64,000 bases of DNA from Octopus sinensis (GCF_006345805.1 NC_043002.1:89652001-89716000); one strand, 5' to 3'; counted from the stretch's first letter, positions 25,868 through 38,667 are shown. The notes: a model not told the origin generated them from the sequence alone. Made by a program: numbers and translations.

Positions 25868-27127
25868 TCAGGTCATCCCATAAGTTCTGTCCGATTTTAG
25901 CCTTTTTTAAATTGAATGAAATTAATAGTATTTTAGAAAGTCTAATGGAATTAAAAATTATTTCTATGCATTTGTGTATATTTAAACTAATTAAATATTA
26001 TTTTACAGAATAACAGAATTAAAATTTCTTTAATTAAAACCCTTTCTCACATGGAAGTATCCAAATAGCTTTTGAGGCACATAATGCTTTATGAGTACAA
26101 AAAAGGAAATTCTGCAGTTTATGGGAAAGAATGCTTGAATAAAAGAACTTGCAGAAGATGGTTTGCAAAATTCAGAAGTGGAGATTTCAGACTTGAAGAT
26201 GAAGATCGTACAGGACGTCCAGTTGAGTTTGATGATAAGCTCCTTGAGGCACTACTTGAAAGAAATCTCGCATTATCAGTTGAAGAATTGGCAATAAAGC
26301 TTAGTTCAAACCATACAACTGTTCAGTATCATCTTCAGCAACTTGGAAAGGTTCCTAAACTTGGAAAATGGGTGCCTCATGAATTGTCCGAAAGCAACCG
26401 CAAATCCCGAGTTGACATCTGATCTTCTCTCCAGTCTCGCGAAATCATTTCACCCTTTTTGGATAGACTTGTGACTGGTGACGAAAAATGGATCTTCTAT
26501 CGAAATGTTAAACGTCGTAAACAGTGGCTTGGTAAAAGGGAAAAAGCTCAACCACAACCGAGAAGGGAACTTTATGGGAAAAAAGGTTCTTCTCTCTATC
26601 TGGTGGTATTGCAAAGGAGTAATTCACTTTGGGTTGTTACCACCTAATGCGACAATCAATGCTAAAGTCTACTGTCAGCAATTAGAGCATCTGAACCAAG
26701 CTTTTAAGAAAAAAGACTCGCTTTAGTGAATCGAAAAGGAGTGATGTTTCATCAGGACAATGTGCGACCCCACACTGCAAAGATCATATCACAGAAGATC
26801 GAAGAGCTTGGTTGGGAAAAAATTTCTCATCCACCTTATTCTCCTGGCCTTGCTCCTTCAGACTACCATCTGTATCGTAGTTTACAAAATCATTTGGGGG
26901 ACATAACTTTCGCAAGCCAGGAGGAGGTCGAAACTGACATTTCAGAGTTCTTCGCTTTGAAACCAAAAGAGTTTTACATTGATGGAATTAAAAAGCTTGT
27001 AAATAGATGGAAGGAAGTCATAGATAATCAGGGAAAGAACATTGATGATTAAATTTCAATTAAATATAACATCTGATCACTTGTTTTCTTTATTTAAAAT
27101 TCGGACAGAACTTATGGGATGACCTGA
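25868..27127 (+). mobile_element. Full-length (1260 bp) mariner transposon, DD34D, inactivated
   Basis: 27-bp perfect TIR TCAGGTCATCCCATAAGTTCTGTCCGA with TA TSD on both sides. Confidence 0.95.
26051..27052 (+). pseudogene. mariner transposase pseudogene
   Basis: HTH region, WVPHEL, TGDEKW, HQDNVRPH, YSPGLAPSDY. The D-to-D spacing counts as 34. Nonsense codons and frameshifts are present. Confidence 0.93.
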
Positions 27128-27317
27128 TAGATATATGTACGTGTGTGTGTACTGCAGTGCAAGAACAAAATATAGTGCATGTATGTGTGGGTCGTTCTTT
27201 ATGTTGTTTGTCTGGTTTTCCATTTGTATCTTTCGTTGTTCAAAAAAATAGTTAATATTCCATGTACTCGTTCTGTGCCCCCCTCCCCATACATAGATGT
27301 AAGTATGTACATATACG

Positions 27318-27362
<45 letters not shown>

Positions 27363-27410
27363 TATATTATATGATTGAACGCCATGCATCCTCTTCCAAG
27401 TAAATTTTCT

Positions 27411-27502
<92 letters not shown>

Positions 27503-27722
27503 TATATATAAAATTAGTAGAGTTAGAGGTTTCCAACCGTCTAAGGGATAAAAATATCCGTTTTATAACCGGTATAATTACATATGTTAACTCTGGACAT
27601 ACACATGCAAGCATACTACGCTCATAGTTCAGAGGCAATGACAAAGATAAACATGAGTTTATCAGGAATCAAATTTAAAGTAAACAGAAAATAGAGAAAT
27701 ATTTCTCCATTTTCTGTTTACT

Positions 27723-27815
<93 letters not shown>

Positions 27816-28007
27816 TAATAATATCAGGGTAATAAAGATTTTAGAAATTTTTACTACCAGTGGCCTAGCGTATAGAAAAATTAGTCAATAGACTATATAT
27901 TATTCATAAAAATACAGTGTACATTTAAACACATTAAGAGGTTAATGTGTTTAAATGTACACCGTATTTTATATATATATGTATATATATATATGTATAT
28001 ATATATG

Positions 28008-28080
<73 letters not shown>

Positions 28081-28105
28081 ATATATATATACACACATAC
28101 ACACA

Positions 28106-28965
28106 CAGAGTGTGATGGGTAAATTGTCGCCATTTTATATTTTTAATTTCGCACATGTGCATTGTTTGGTTTTGATTTTGTCGACTACACAGTATAGTAG
28201 GGGCAGTTGGGCACTGTCTGTAAGAAAAACAGCACCACGACGCAATTCATTCTGCCAGAAATTTGGAAATGACATGCTGTACTGCTTGGCAATCGCATCG
28301 GAAGCTCCAGTACGAACATTTCAGAGTGTTTGGTTGTGAATCTGAGGATATGTACCGAAAGTGATAAAAATCAAACATTCGGTCAATATCATGGTGTTTG
28401 GAGTGATCACTAGTGATGGCGACGTTATATCTCCATCTTCTTACACGGTCTCAGACTCAGCACAGTGGCCTACATCAAGTGCTTGGATGAGGTAGTGCTG
28501 CCCTAGGTCAAGAGGGTGGCTGCTGGAAGACCCTGTGTCTGGCAACAGGACTCTGTACCATGCCACACAAGCAGGAGAACCCAGTCATGGCTGTCAGACA
28601 ATTTTTGCGAGTACATCACCTCTAACATCTGGAAGCCTAGCTCCCCAGACTGCAAACCCCTTGATTATTATGTAAGGGCGCAGTTAAGCGAGAGACCAAC
28701 AAAACTCCTTGTGACACCAAAAATGAACAGAAGGCAAGGGTTATGGCAGGATTCACCAACAAGGAGACTGTCTAGAAGAGTTGCAGAAGTTTCCGAGGTT
28801 GTCTGGAGGCCGTGGTTGAAGCTAATGGCGATTTTATTGAATATATTAACTCTTTAGTATTTCAAGACATTTTTATGTAATTTTGGTAAATATATCTGTT
28901 AAAATGTGATGTCAGTGTTATTTTCATTTTTGTGTAATTTAGACGACAGTTTATTCTCCGCACCC

Positions 28966-28967
<2 letters not shown>
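28106..28967 (+). mobile_element. Internally deleted maT (DD37D) element
   Basis: IMVFGVITSDG..WQQDSVPCH..SSPDCKPLDYY, with 37 residues between the catalytic Ds; degenerate TIRs. Confidence 0.8.
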
Positions 28968-29018
<51 letters not shown>

Positions 29019-29363
29019 TATATATATATATATATACACACACACACATATATATTCAGCGAAATATTGATATCTACTGTTCTCGTTCACCCACAAGGTG
29101 ATTAGTTTCATCTGGTTTTGGGATATACAGTGTTTTTTTAAAACATTCTTCGTCTAAAGAGACTTTTCCTGGACGATAGCATTAATATATTTTCTCCCCT
29201 TTAGTAAAGACGAAGTATTTAAAATTTATTTTCAAAATATTGAAATCTTTGAAATTTATACCGGGATAAAATTTTATTTTTAAAAAAGGAAAACTACATC
29301 CAATTTCTGCTAAGTTAATCGCACACTGGACTGATTATATTTGATTGTCCTTTCGATATAATA

Positions 29364-29412
<49 letters not shown>

Positions 29413-30199
29413 CGGTAAATCGCCATTAATCACCAAGAAAATTAATTCAATATCAAATTCGTTGTAAATCAAATTGCTATTTCAAGTTTGACTTGAAAAT
29501 TAATATAGAGCAAAAAGAATGAGTCAGTTAGACCGTCAGACTAGTAATTATTAGAGATTTCATCAAATATTTTATTTAACTTTCACATAATTTACTCTAA
29601 AAGAACAAATGTGTATATAATTACTTGTTCATGTTTTGTAGATATTATATGACAAATTTAATACTATCAAAACAAATAACTGATTCCACTGTCCGTTGTC
29701 CATACATATACCAATTCCCTGATTGTCATTAGTTTCTACAGTACTTGTTTGTTTATCAAAGAAACCTAACTCCAACAGTGGTATTTGATTAATTTGGTTT
29801 TCATTTTCAGATCATATATAATATTCTCGCGTTTCAGATTTCCTTTCTAAACGAGCCGTCAAGTTTTTCCTTTACGAGCCTTTCTACACATTCATTCATC
29901 GAAATGGATGGTTATACAGTCGCTAGTGTATCTTAGAAAGACGAACAACTATTTATAGTTGTTAACATTCGGAAGGAATTGCTCCGTGGAGTGCAACACT
30001 ATAAGCAAAATCCTTTGTATGCAGATACTACCAAAACGATATATTATTTCTATATTTACATATCTATACAGTCAGCTGTGTTAAGTTGGTGAGTCATGAG
30101 AGATTGAGGACAAACGAATAAACAACAAATAAAATCACAAAAACTAGAAAAAAAAATAATGAAAAAAGGGAGAAAGAAGAACTTGCAATGAATAGTTTA

Positions 30200-30810
30200 T
30201 TGTTTTACTTGTTCAATTATTTTCTATGGTTGGTAAACCCTTGAAAATAAATTGTATCCCCAACTTTCGTCGGCGCTGAGGTAATTTTTAAAATATCCTC
30301 TCTCTCAGAGAAGTAATTTTAGCAGAAATAAGACTTCCAGATAATCCTCGTTAGGTGATTCCATACAGCTTGTTTGTGAAAGAATAGTGTTCAAAGTAAT
30401 ACGAGTTGTCCAGTTTAAAGCCAATAAAGTCTTTAGTTATTAATCTTGTTAAATGTCTGATATACTTTATATATTATTGATACTATCTCTGTCTGCGACA
30501 GTATTAGGATAGGATTACAGTTAGGAGTTTATCTCACGTTTTCTTCCCAATATTTTCTCCACCCTTGACTAATATGATTTTGCTGAAGGCTTTGACTTGT
30601 GTATAATATTTGAGATGTAGCCTCGTACATCTGTTATATCTTTTTGTGCTCCATCTTTTGCTGATTCATCTGATTTTCCGTTTATCTTAAATATTTATGT
30701 GTCCAGGCAACCAAATAATTGTTACTTCTCTGTTAGCTTCTACTAAATAATTATTTATTTTTAGGAAAATATTCTCGATTATTTTAATCTGACCTTTTTT
30801 CTTGACCGTA
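30200..30810 (-). mobile_element. Probable I-group LINE RNase H/3' remnant
   Basis: KINNYLVEANREVTIIWLPGHINI followed by KSDESAK resembles the RNase H motif WIPSHVGIxGNExADxxAK; heavily decayed. Confidence 0.45.
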
Positions 30811-30815
30811 ATAGC

Positions 30816-31060
30816 TGTTATGTAATCATCACAACAAACATGAACAATTAACGTTGCCCATTGTCTCCCTTGATACAAGGACAATCAATAAGTTTCCCGC
30901 CACAACAAAGAAATACCTTGTACAACAACGCGCAGTCTAATAAAGTATCTCGTATCGTTAACACGTTTTTTCAGTCTCTCTCACTTTCTTAATCTTTCAT
31001 ACTAAGTACTCACTACTTCCTTAATACTCAATACATTATATATATATATATATAACAACA
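30816..31060 (+). mobile_element. Solo LTR of the 35888-38667 Ty3/Gypsy family
   Basis: TG...CA termini, reverse complement of the 238-bp LTR with a few substitutions and indels, 5-bp TSD ATAGC at 30811-30815 and 31061-31065. Confidence 0.92.
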
Positions 31061-31776
31061 ATAGCTATAAGTTCGAAAGACAACTATTTTTCAATGGAAT
31101 TTCCTTGACAAAGAATCTAAGAATGTTCTGAATCAAATGAAAAATCATGCAATCTGAAGATCATACTTGTAATATTATTTTGAAAATACCAAGTAGCCCT
31201 ACGCCTCTCTCCATTCTCTGAAGGCAATTCAACTGTAAAACTGACCCAGTTGTTATAACTGTTTTATTGCGTGATGTAGTATTAATTTGCTTTTCTGCTT
31301 TTGACATTTTACTGTTAATTTGAAAGATCTTAATTGTTCTAGCCATGTAAGTAGTTTCCTTCTCAAGCCGCTTTCTTCAAGCCATTGGCCACCCCGATAG
31401 CCCAGATATACAACCCTAGGCTTTGTTGGTTTACGCAGAATGGAAGGATATATATATATATATATATATATATATCTTATGTTGGGGCGAGGTCATTTGA
31501 CCCTGTTATCTCCCCTAATTTGGCTCTTGCGTCGCACGTTTGATCTTTGACTTCTGGCCGAAATCAGATCGCCATGTTGATTCGCTAGCCTCTGCACGCA
31601 TTTTTTTCTCTCCTTGTTTCTCTCCATGTTTCTTTTCTGTGTATCTTTCTGTTGAAGAGCGTAGGCTCGAAACGTAAAAGACTTGTTTTATTTATATTCC
31701 TGAGCGCCATACTAATACAATTGTTTGTATTCCACCTGCCTTCGTCTTTTGTTTATTTTCATAAAGCTTCCCTATG

Positions 31777-31808
<32 letters not shown>

Positions 31809-31880
31809 CATACATATATAATATGTGACAAAGCCTTTGTCGAGGTCTCATTTATTCTTTGTTGTCATATTATTATTATT

Positions 31881-31911
<31 letters not shown>

Positions 31912-31912
31912 T

Positions 31913-32313
31913 AGGCACAGGAGTGGATGTGTGGTAAGTAGCTTGCTTACGAACGACATGGTTCCGGGTTCAGTCCCACTGCGTGGCCCCTTGGGCAAGT
32001 GTCTTCTACTATAGCCTCGGGTCGACCAAAGCCTTGTGAGTGGATTTGGTAGACGGAAACTGAAAGAAATCCGTCGTATACATGTATATATATATATTTG
32101 TGTGTCTGTGTTTGTCCCCACCAACATCGCTTGACAACCGATGATGGTGTGTTTACGTCCCCGTAACTTAGCGGTTCGGCAAAAGAGACCGATAGAATAA
32201 GTACTAGAATAAGTACTGGGCTTACAAGGAATAAGTCCCGGGGTCGATTTGCTCGACTAAAGGCGGTGCTCCAGCATGGCCGCAGTCAAATGACTGAAAC
32301 AAGTAAAAGAGTA
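31913..32313 (+). mobile_element. Full-length SINE (Meta-like central domain)
   Basis: Head aggcacaggagtggatgtgtggtaag..ggttcagtccc; central gccttgtgagtggatttggtagacggaaactgaaagaa; internal (TA/TG) tract. Confidence 0.85.
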
Positions 32314-32351
32314 TAATATATATATAATAATATATATATATATATTATTAA

Positions 32352-32582
32352 TGGCCCAGTGGTTAGGGCAGTGGACTTGCGGTCGGAGGATCGCGGTTTC
32401 GATTCCCAGACCGGGCGTTGTGTGTGTTTTTGAGCGAAAACACCTAAAAGCTCCACGAGGCTCCGGCAGGGGGTGGTGGTGATCCCTGCTTTACTCTTTC
32501 ACCACTCTAAAGGCGGTGCTCCAGCATGGCCGCAGTCAAATGACTGAAACAAGTACAAAAAAGAAAAAAAAGAAAAAAAAAG

Positions 32583-32613
<31 letters not shown>

Positions 32614-32880
32614 ACTCTCCCGTCGAAGACGGCGTATAAGCGTTCAGCTTTTGCCGAACGACTTGCGCAAATGATTTGTTTAAAATGATCAAATGTATGT
32701 GCCGTACGTTAACTCACCCTCGCCATAAAATCGACGTTGTCTGAACAGGTGCACGGTGTACCGCACGTGACGTGTCGAAGTGGTCGCAGAGCAACGTGAG
32801 ATGAAGTGTTTTGCTCAAGAATACAACGCACCACTCGATCTGGGAATTGAAACCACGACTTAAACGCTAGGCCATGCCCC
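32352..32880. mobile_element. SINE fragments (OR-like head on +, tail duplicate, diverged copy on -)
   Basis: atggcccagtggttagggcag..ggtttcgattcccagaccgggcg at 32352; reverse copy at 32610-32880. Confidence 0.7.
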
Positions 32881-32994
32881 CTACACACACACACACACAC
32901 ACATACACACACGTACACACATACGCACACACCTATCTATATGCATACGTATATACACACACACAACAATGCAGATAGGATTTAAAAGAAATTC

Positions 32995-33002
32995 TCTTCT
33001 AG

Positions 33003-33050
<48 letters not shown>

Positions 33051-33160
33051 GTTATTATTGTTATTATTATTATTATTATTATTGTTATTATTGTTATTAT
33101 TATTATTATTATTATTGTTATTATTGTTATTATTGTTATTATTATTATTATTTATTAATA
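32995..33160. repeat. (TAT)n microsatellite with periodic TGT variants
   Basis: Directly visible. Confidence 0.95.
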
Positions 33161-33213
33161 ACGAGATGGATATTGATTGATACGTGCTATTCATTATATT
33201 GAAAAACCGTAGA

Positions 33214-33252
<39 letters not shown>

Positions 33253-33535
33253 CGCGAGTGTTTTGTTTTAGAGTTTTAGTGTATTATCCTTGATTGTAAA
33301 GCTGGCTATGAACGTGAGATTGAGTTTGATGTATGAAACGTATTATGAACAAATACTAAAGAAATATTTTGAAACTTGCTGCAGCTAAAACTATTCTGTT
33401 TTCATTTCTTTTCAGTAGAAACTATAACGTAATCAATCTATCTATATTTCATCATTTCCTTGCATAATCAGTAAATGGTTGCAAATATTGAATGTGTCAG
33501 GATCTACTCCCACTCAATCAGCACTTTTGCACACG

Positions 33536-33612
<77 letters not shown>

Positions 33613-33995
33613 TCACACACATGTACAAAGAGATCCCTTTCAAAAACAAAAAAAAAGCATCAAATTCTCTTTGGCTTTTTTGTACATTAAAACAAATATT
33701 ATCTTGCGGTGTATAAGATGTACTCTTACTTAAGAAGCACCCCTATTTTATTAGTATATTTTGCAGGAAAAAAAACCTTATTTAGCATATTTTTTTAATA
33801 CATCTAATGAAAAATATTTTTAAATGGTTTTGTATGATTCTGTGCTTGTAAATACGATGTTGTGCGCATTATACTGAAATAAAGGATGAAACAATAAATT
33901 TATCATATATAAATTACGTTTCTCGATCGCCGTATTTGAACGTTATTATCTTTCAGAGCAACAGTATAATTGTCAATATTTTGATCGGGAGAATA

Positions 33996-34218
33996 AGGTG
34001 GCGAGCTGGCAGAATCGTTAGCATTCTAGGCAAAATGCTTAGCGGCATTTCGTTCGTCTTTACGTGCTGATTCCAAATTCCGCCTAGGTCGACTTCGCCT
34101 TTTATTCTCTCGGAGTCGATAAAATAAGTACCAGTTGAGCAACGGAGTCGATGTTATCGGCTTACCTCTCCTCCACCCCAAAATTGCTGGCCTTGTGCCA
34201 AAAATTTGAAACCAATAT
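33996..34218 (+). mobile_element. SINE (Deu/Nin-like core)
   Basis: aaggtggcgagctggcagaatcgttagc..gtcgacttcgcc..gtcgataaaataagtaccagttgag. Confidence 0.8.
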
Positions 34219-34532
34219 TTTGGTCAAGAGAACTATTACAGAGGATGCAAAACTCGCATTTTCACCTATGATGCTATATGCTGCCACGATCGTCAACCAG
34301 GGTGACGCATCACCGTTATGATCCTGTTGTCACTCATTGCAAATAACTGACAGGCGGATGGTAGGTTATTCCTTTTATTCATCTGGGGCAATTTCCATTT
34401 AGATAATTAAAAACGTTTCCTAAATTTAATACAGTCATGAAATAATGTAAGACACATATGTATGGAGAATGTACATTGGGGAAAAAGGTATAATGCAACG
34501 ATATGATTTTGCCATATAAGCTAGTTTCCGTA

Positions 34533-35054
34533 CCGTAAATCCTCGAGTATAATCCGTACTTTCTTCCCAAAATTTAAAGGTCAAAATCCCTAGTGCGTGC
34601 TATATACAAGGTTAAAAATGAAAAATATTTTCTAGGCAATGTCCGTATCTCTCTTTGCTGTACGGCAATGTTTATTCCGACGTATTTTGTGATGTCGGGC
34701 GCGAAAAAACCTTAAGCTAAGCCTGAAAGCAATGAAGTCATAAAAGAATCACCCGTAACTTGCAGTAAACAACATTTATTAAAATAAAAGTATTCAGAAC
34801 ACAGAATAACATGTAACAAAAGCAAGTTGCAAACATATTTACATTCCCATATAACAGTTAAGAACATCACCATTATTGTATTACGCATGCACGGAAGTGT
34901 TTGTTCGACTAGGTGCTGCTGGCTTAATTACGCACGGCTCAAGTTAGAGAAGGGGTGTGTATTATACACAAGGTTTAGGTTTTTCAGAGGTATAGCCCCC
35001 TAAAAATTCCCTGCGTATTATACTCAAGGGCGGACTATACTCCAGGATTTACGG
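34533..35054. mobile_element. Tc2/pogo-type MITE (522 bp)
   Basis: 24-bp TIRs CCGTAAATCCTCGAGTATAATCCG and CGGACTATACTCCAGGATTTACGG (2 mismatches), TA TSD on both sides, no ORF. Confidence 0.8.
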
Positions 35055-35818
35055 TATGTTTGTACTTAATTTGTTTCGCTACTTTCACAGATTCCCATAA
35101 CTCTCTGTCGCAGTCCAATTATTATGAATTTGAATTGGGAGTGACGACTGTGATCTGCATAGTTACGAGCTGCCCTTTGGTAAGGCATAGCTACCGTTCA
35201 TTCACCCTGTCAGGGACACGTCGAAGTGATAGGATTGCGAAGAGGTAGCGGAAGAGCTCAACTGCACCAACGGTGCTACTTACATTGATCCTGAACAGAA
35301 GAATCCTAGAAGATCAACGGTCAGGGTCACCAAGCTCTATCAAAAGAGTAACTGCAACGCATCCATGAGAGTGGCGTCCATGACTGTAAAATCAGCTAAT
35401 GAAAGACTTACTATGGCTATGGCTTGTGCTGATAGACTGTGATATTTTGGCCTGTTTTCGATATTCTATTATTAGTAATAATTATTGTACGTAACGGACT
35501 TCTGCTTATCAAATTCCCTAGCTTCAACACTCCATTCCGTATTACAGCCGCATTTGAAGCACTGCAATTTGTTGATAAGCTTATCTTGCACTCCGGTAAA
35601 TACAGAAAATAGACTAACGTTGATTTATTTAGCGGTCACGGATTTCGTAAATTGGTTAAATAAATTTAATAAATTTTCTAGATATAAGAACGCTTGTCAT
35701 GTTTATTAGACAACTTCAATGTGGACGTTTCAGGGTTACTGTATTTTCTGTCAGTAATCGAATATCTTACATTTTATATTCACAACAAAATTGTACTGTT
35801 GTTACATTTAAAACTAAA

Positions 35819-35887
35819 TTGTGGAGGCGCAATGGCCCAGTGGTTAGGGCAGCGGACTCGTGGTTGTAGGATCGCGGTTTCGATTCC
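35819..35887 (+). mobile_element. 5' head of an OR-like SINE, split by LTR element (3' part at 38668-38975)
   Basis: ggaggcgcaatggcccagtggttagggcagcggactcg..ggtttcgATTCC| resumes as ATTCCcagaccg after the LTR element. Confidence 0.9.
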
Positions 35888-38667
35888 TGTTGTTGTTATA
35901 TATATATAATGTATTGAGTATTAAAGGAAGTAGTGAGTACTTAGTATGAAAGATTAAGAAAATGAGAGAGACTGAAAAAACGTGTTAACGATACGAGATA
36001 CTTTATTAGACTGCCGTTGTTGTACAAGGTATTTGTTGTGGCGGGAAACTTACTGAATGTCCTTGTATCAAGGAAGACAATGGGCAACGTTGATTGTTCA
36101 TGTTTGTTGTGATAATTACATAACATCTTCCCTATTTTTATTTATTTATTTATTTATTTTTTATTGCTTCGATTTGTGGTTTGTCGAATGATCATAACGT
36201 GTCACTCTGTAGAAGCTGGCGTAATGGTGCTGTAACTTCGGAGTAATTAGATAAAAATTTACATAGGTAATTTGTCATACCTAGGAATCTTTGTAATTCT
36301 TTTTTATTTGTTGGCAGTGGCATGTGAATGATTGCTTGCACTTTGGTTGGATCTTGTTTTATCCCTTCGCTGGTTAATAGATGCCCAAGGTACGTGATTT
36401 GTGATTCATAGAAGATACACTTTGATTTATTTAACTTTAATCCGTGCTTTCGGATTCGATCGAAAACTTGTTGTAGTCTATTTGTGTGTTCTTCTAAAGT
36501 GCTGGACGAGATTATGATGTCATCCTGTGAATTTCTTGCTCCTTCTATGCCCTCTATTATTTTTGCAATTTCTTTTTGGAAAACTTCACTGGCGCTGTGA
36601 ATTCCAAAGGGTAGTCGTGTGAAGCGATACCTTCCAAAAGGTGTGTTGAACGTTAACAGATGAGAGCTTTCTTCGTCAACTGGAATTTGCCAGTATCCAT
36701 TAGATGCATCGAGTTTCGAAAAATATTTAGGGTTATGCATTTGTGCAAAAATGTCCTCCGCTGTAGGGAGTTTGAAATGTTGCCTTTTTATGGCTTTGTT
36801 TAGATTCTTGGGGTCTAAACAGAGTCGGAGTTTTCCGTTGGCTTTTTCAACGATGACTAGGGAATTTACCCAGTCTGTAGGTTCACTAACAGGTTTTATG
36901 ATACCTAATTCTGTCATTCTTTTTAATTCTTTGTTGAGTTTTTCTTTTATAGAAAAAGGAACCGATCTTGGTGGATGAATTACAGGAGTTATTTGTGGAT
37001 CCACTGTGATATGATGTGTTATTGACAAAGTGCCGATTTCTCCGAAACAGTCTTCATATTTTTCTATTATGTCATTTGTGTTCGACGAGTTTATTTTTGA
37101 AATTCTCTGAATTAGGTTCAGATCTTTAGCTGTCTTTGCATCTATAACTGCGTGCGAGTTTGTTTTTGCAACAATGAATTTTATTTGTTTTGATAATTCT
37201 TTGTATTTAATGACTGCTGTGCATTTTCCTAGCACTTTTATAGCTGTGTTATTGTAAGCTGATAATCGAGTTGAGGTTTTTTGCAGTTGTGGTTTTGGAA
37301 TTATATTTCTATATTCTCTGAATGGCAGTACGGTTACGTCTGCTCCAGTATCAATTTTGAATGTTACATTCGAGTTGTTCACTTTTAGTTCGACCGTCCA
37401 AATGTCTTTTGGAGTCTTGAACTTTTCGATTTTGTGCACGCGGGAATTATTTGCAGTGATCATTTCGAGTGCATGTGTATCGTCATCTGATTCATCGTCG
37501 GTATGTATCTCTACTTTATGTACAAATTTTCTTGATTTGCACATTTTTGCATAGTGTCCTTGTTTCTTGCATTTTTCACATGTCTTGTGAAATGCTGGGC
37601 ATTTATTTCTTTTGTGATTATAACCACAATAGTGACAGTTAGTGACGTAGTGTTGACTTGGCGCTTGAAACTTCGCGGGCTTTCTGTCACTTCCGCCTTG
37701 TTCGTTTTGATGTCTGGATTGCATATGGCGAGTTATTTGAGTTTTGGCGCCTTTTCTGTCGTGTTGACTATATACCCTCGAGATTTCGTTATCTCTTGTT
37801 TCGGATGTGGCATTTAGCATCCTTGATTGGAGTCGTGTTTGCTCTGCACTCTGACCTGCTTGAATTGTTTTTTGTAAGTCTAAATTTGGTTCTCTCAATA
37901 ATCTTTCTCTTAATCTCATGTCTCTGATTCCACATATCAGAATATCTCTGGTGAGACTGTCTGTGAGGTTGCCGAATTCGCACTGTTGTGCCTTTTGGCG
38001 CAACTCTACCACGTACTCATCGAATTTTTGATGTTCCGCTTGTCCACATGTGAAGAATTTGTGTCTCAGGAAAGTTATGTTTTTCCTGGGTTCACAATAT
38101 GCATCGAATTTTTCGATTACTGTTTGAAGGTTCATTTCTTCGTCGGGTGAATCGAAATCCAGAGTGGAATGGATGTCTCGGCCTTTGGAACCGATGCAAG
38201 TTAAAAACATTGAAGTTTTTACTTTGTCTGGCTTCATGTCACTTTCTGTTGCTATCAAAAAGAGATTGAATTCTTTTTTCCACTTCTTCCATGCTGCGGC
38301 TAGATTTTCCTGATTAAAGTCTAGGTCTTTTGGATGCGGTAAATTTTCCATTTCGTCTTTGAAGTATGATTTCAACTTCTTTTTTCTTTTGGTTTCTGTA
38401 TTTTGGGTTCATTTAGTATTCTGACACCATGTTGTTGTTATATATATATAATGTATTGAGTATTAAAGGAAGTAGTGAGTACTTAGTATGAAAGATTAAG
38501 AAAGTGAGAGAGACTGAAAAAACGTGTTAACGATACGAGATACTTTATTAGACTGCCGTTGTTGTACAAGGTATTTGTTGTGGCGGGAAACTTACTGAAT
38601 GTCCTTGTATCAAGGGAGACAATGGGCAACGTTGATTGTTCATGTTTGTTGTGATAATTACATAACA
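35888..38667 (-). mobile_element. Ty3/Gypsy LTR retrotransposon, internally deleted (2780 bp)
   Basis: LTRs at 35888-36125 and 38430-38667 (238 bp, TG..CA, 2 differences). PBS TGGTGTCAGAA (tRNA-Leu-type), PPT AAAAATAGGGAAGA, TSD ATTCC. Confidence 0.97.
36192..38375 (-). CDS. Gag-protease-reverse transcriptase polyprotein (727 aa), lacking RNase H and integrase
   Basis: Gag with Zn knuckles CHYCGYNH..C and CEKCKKQGHYAKMC; protease FKIDTGADVT; RT LDASNGYWQ, RLPFGI, NSQDDII; thumb LQRFLGM. Confidence 0.95.
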   Translation of the reverse strand: MKSYFKDEMENLPHPKDLDFNQENLAAAWKKWKKEFNLFLIATESDMKPDKVKTSMFLTCIGSKGRDIHSTLDFDSPDEEMNLQTVIEKFDAYCEPRKNITFLRHKFFTCGQAEHQKFDEYVVELRQKAQQCEFGNLTDSLTRDILICGIRDMRLRERLLREPNLDLQKTIQAGQSAEQTRLQSRMLNATSETRDNEISRVYSQHDRKGAKTQITRHMQSRHQNEQGGSDRKPAKFQAPSQHYVTNCHYCGYNHKRNKCPAFHKTCEKCKKQGHYAKMCKSRKFVHKVEIHTDDESDDDTHALEMITANNSRVHKIEKFKTPKDIWTVELKVNNSNVTFKIDTGADVTVLPFREYRNIIPKPQLQKTSTRLSAYNNTAIKVLGKCTAVIKYKELSKQIKFIVAKTNSHAVIDAKTAKDLNLIQRISKINSSNTNDIIEKYEDCFGEIGTLSITHHITVDPQITPVIHPPRSVPFSIKEKLNKELKRMTELGIIKPVSEPTDWVNSLVIVEKANGKLRLCLDPKNLNKAIKRQHFKLPTAEDIFAQMHNPKYFSKLDASNGYWQIPVDEESSHLLTFNTPFGRYRFTRLPFGIHSASEVFQKEIAKIIEGIEGARNSQDDIIISSSTLEEHTNRLQQVFDRIRKHGLKLNKSKCIFYESQITYLGHLLTSEGIKQDPTKVQAIIHMPLPTNKKELQRFLGMTNYLCKFLSNYSEVTAPLRQLLQSDTL

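Noticed and set aside
35819-35887. tRNA-like sequences (also at 15720-15794, 48735, 58488)
   Set aside because: They are SINE heads continuing into SINE bodies with TSDs; no complete cloverleaf
36510-36530. SQDD instead of YxDD as evidence of a dead RT
   Set aside because: Non-aromatic residues at this position occur in invertebrate Ty3/Gypsy lineages and both Asp residues are intact
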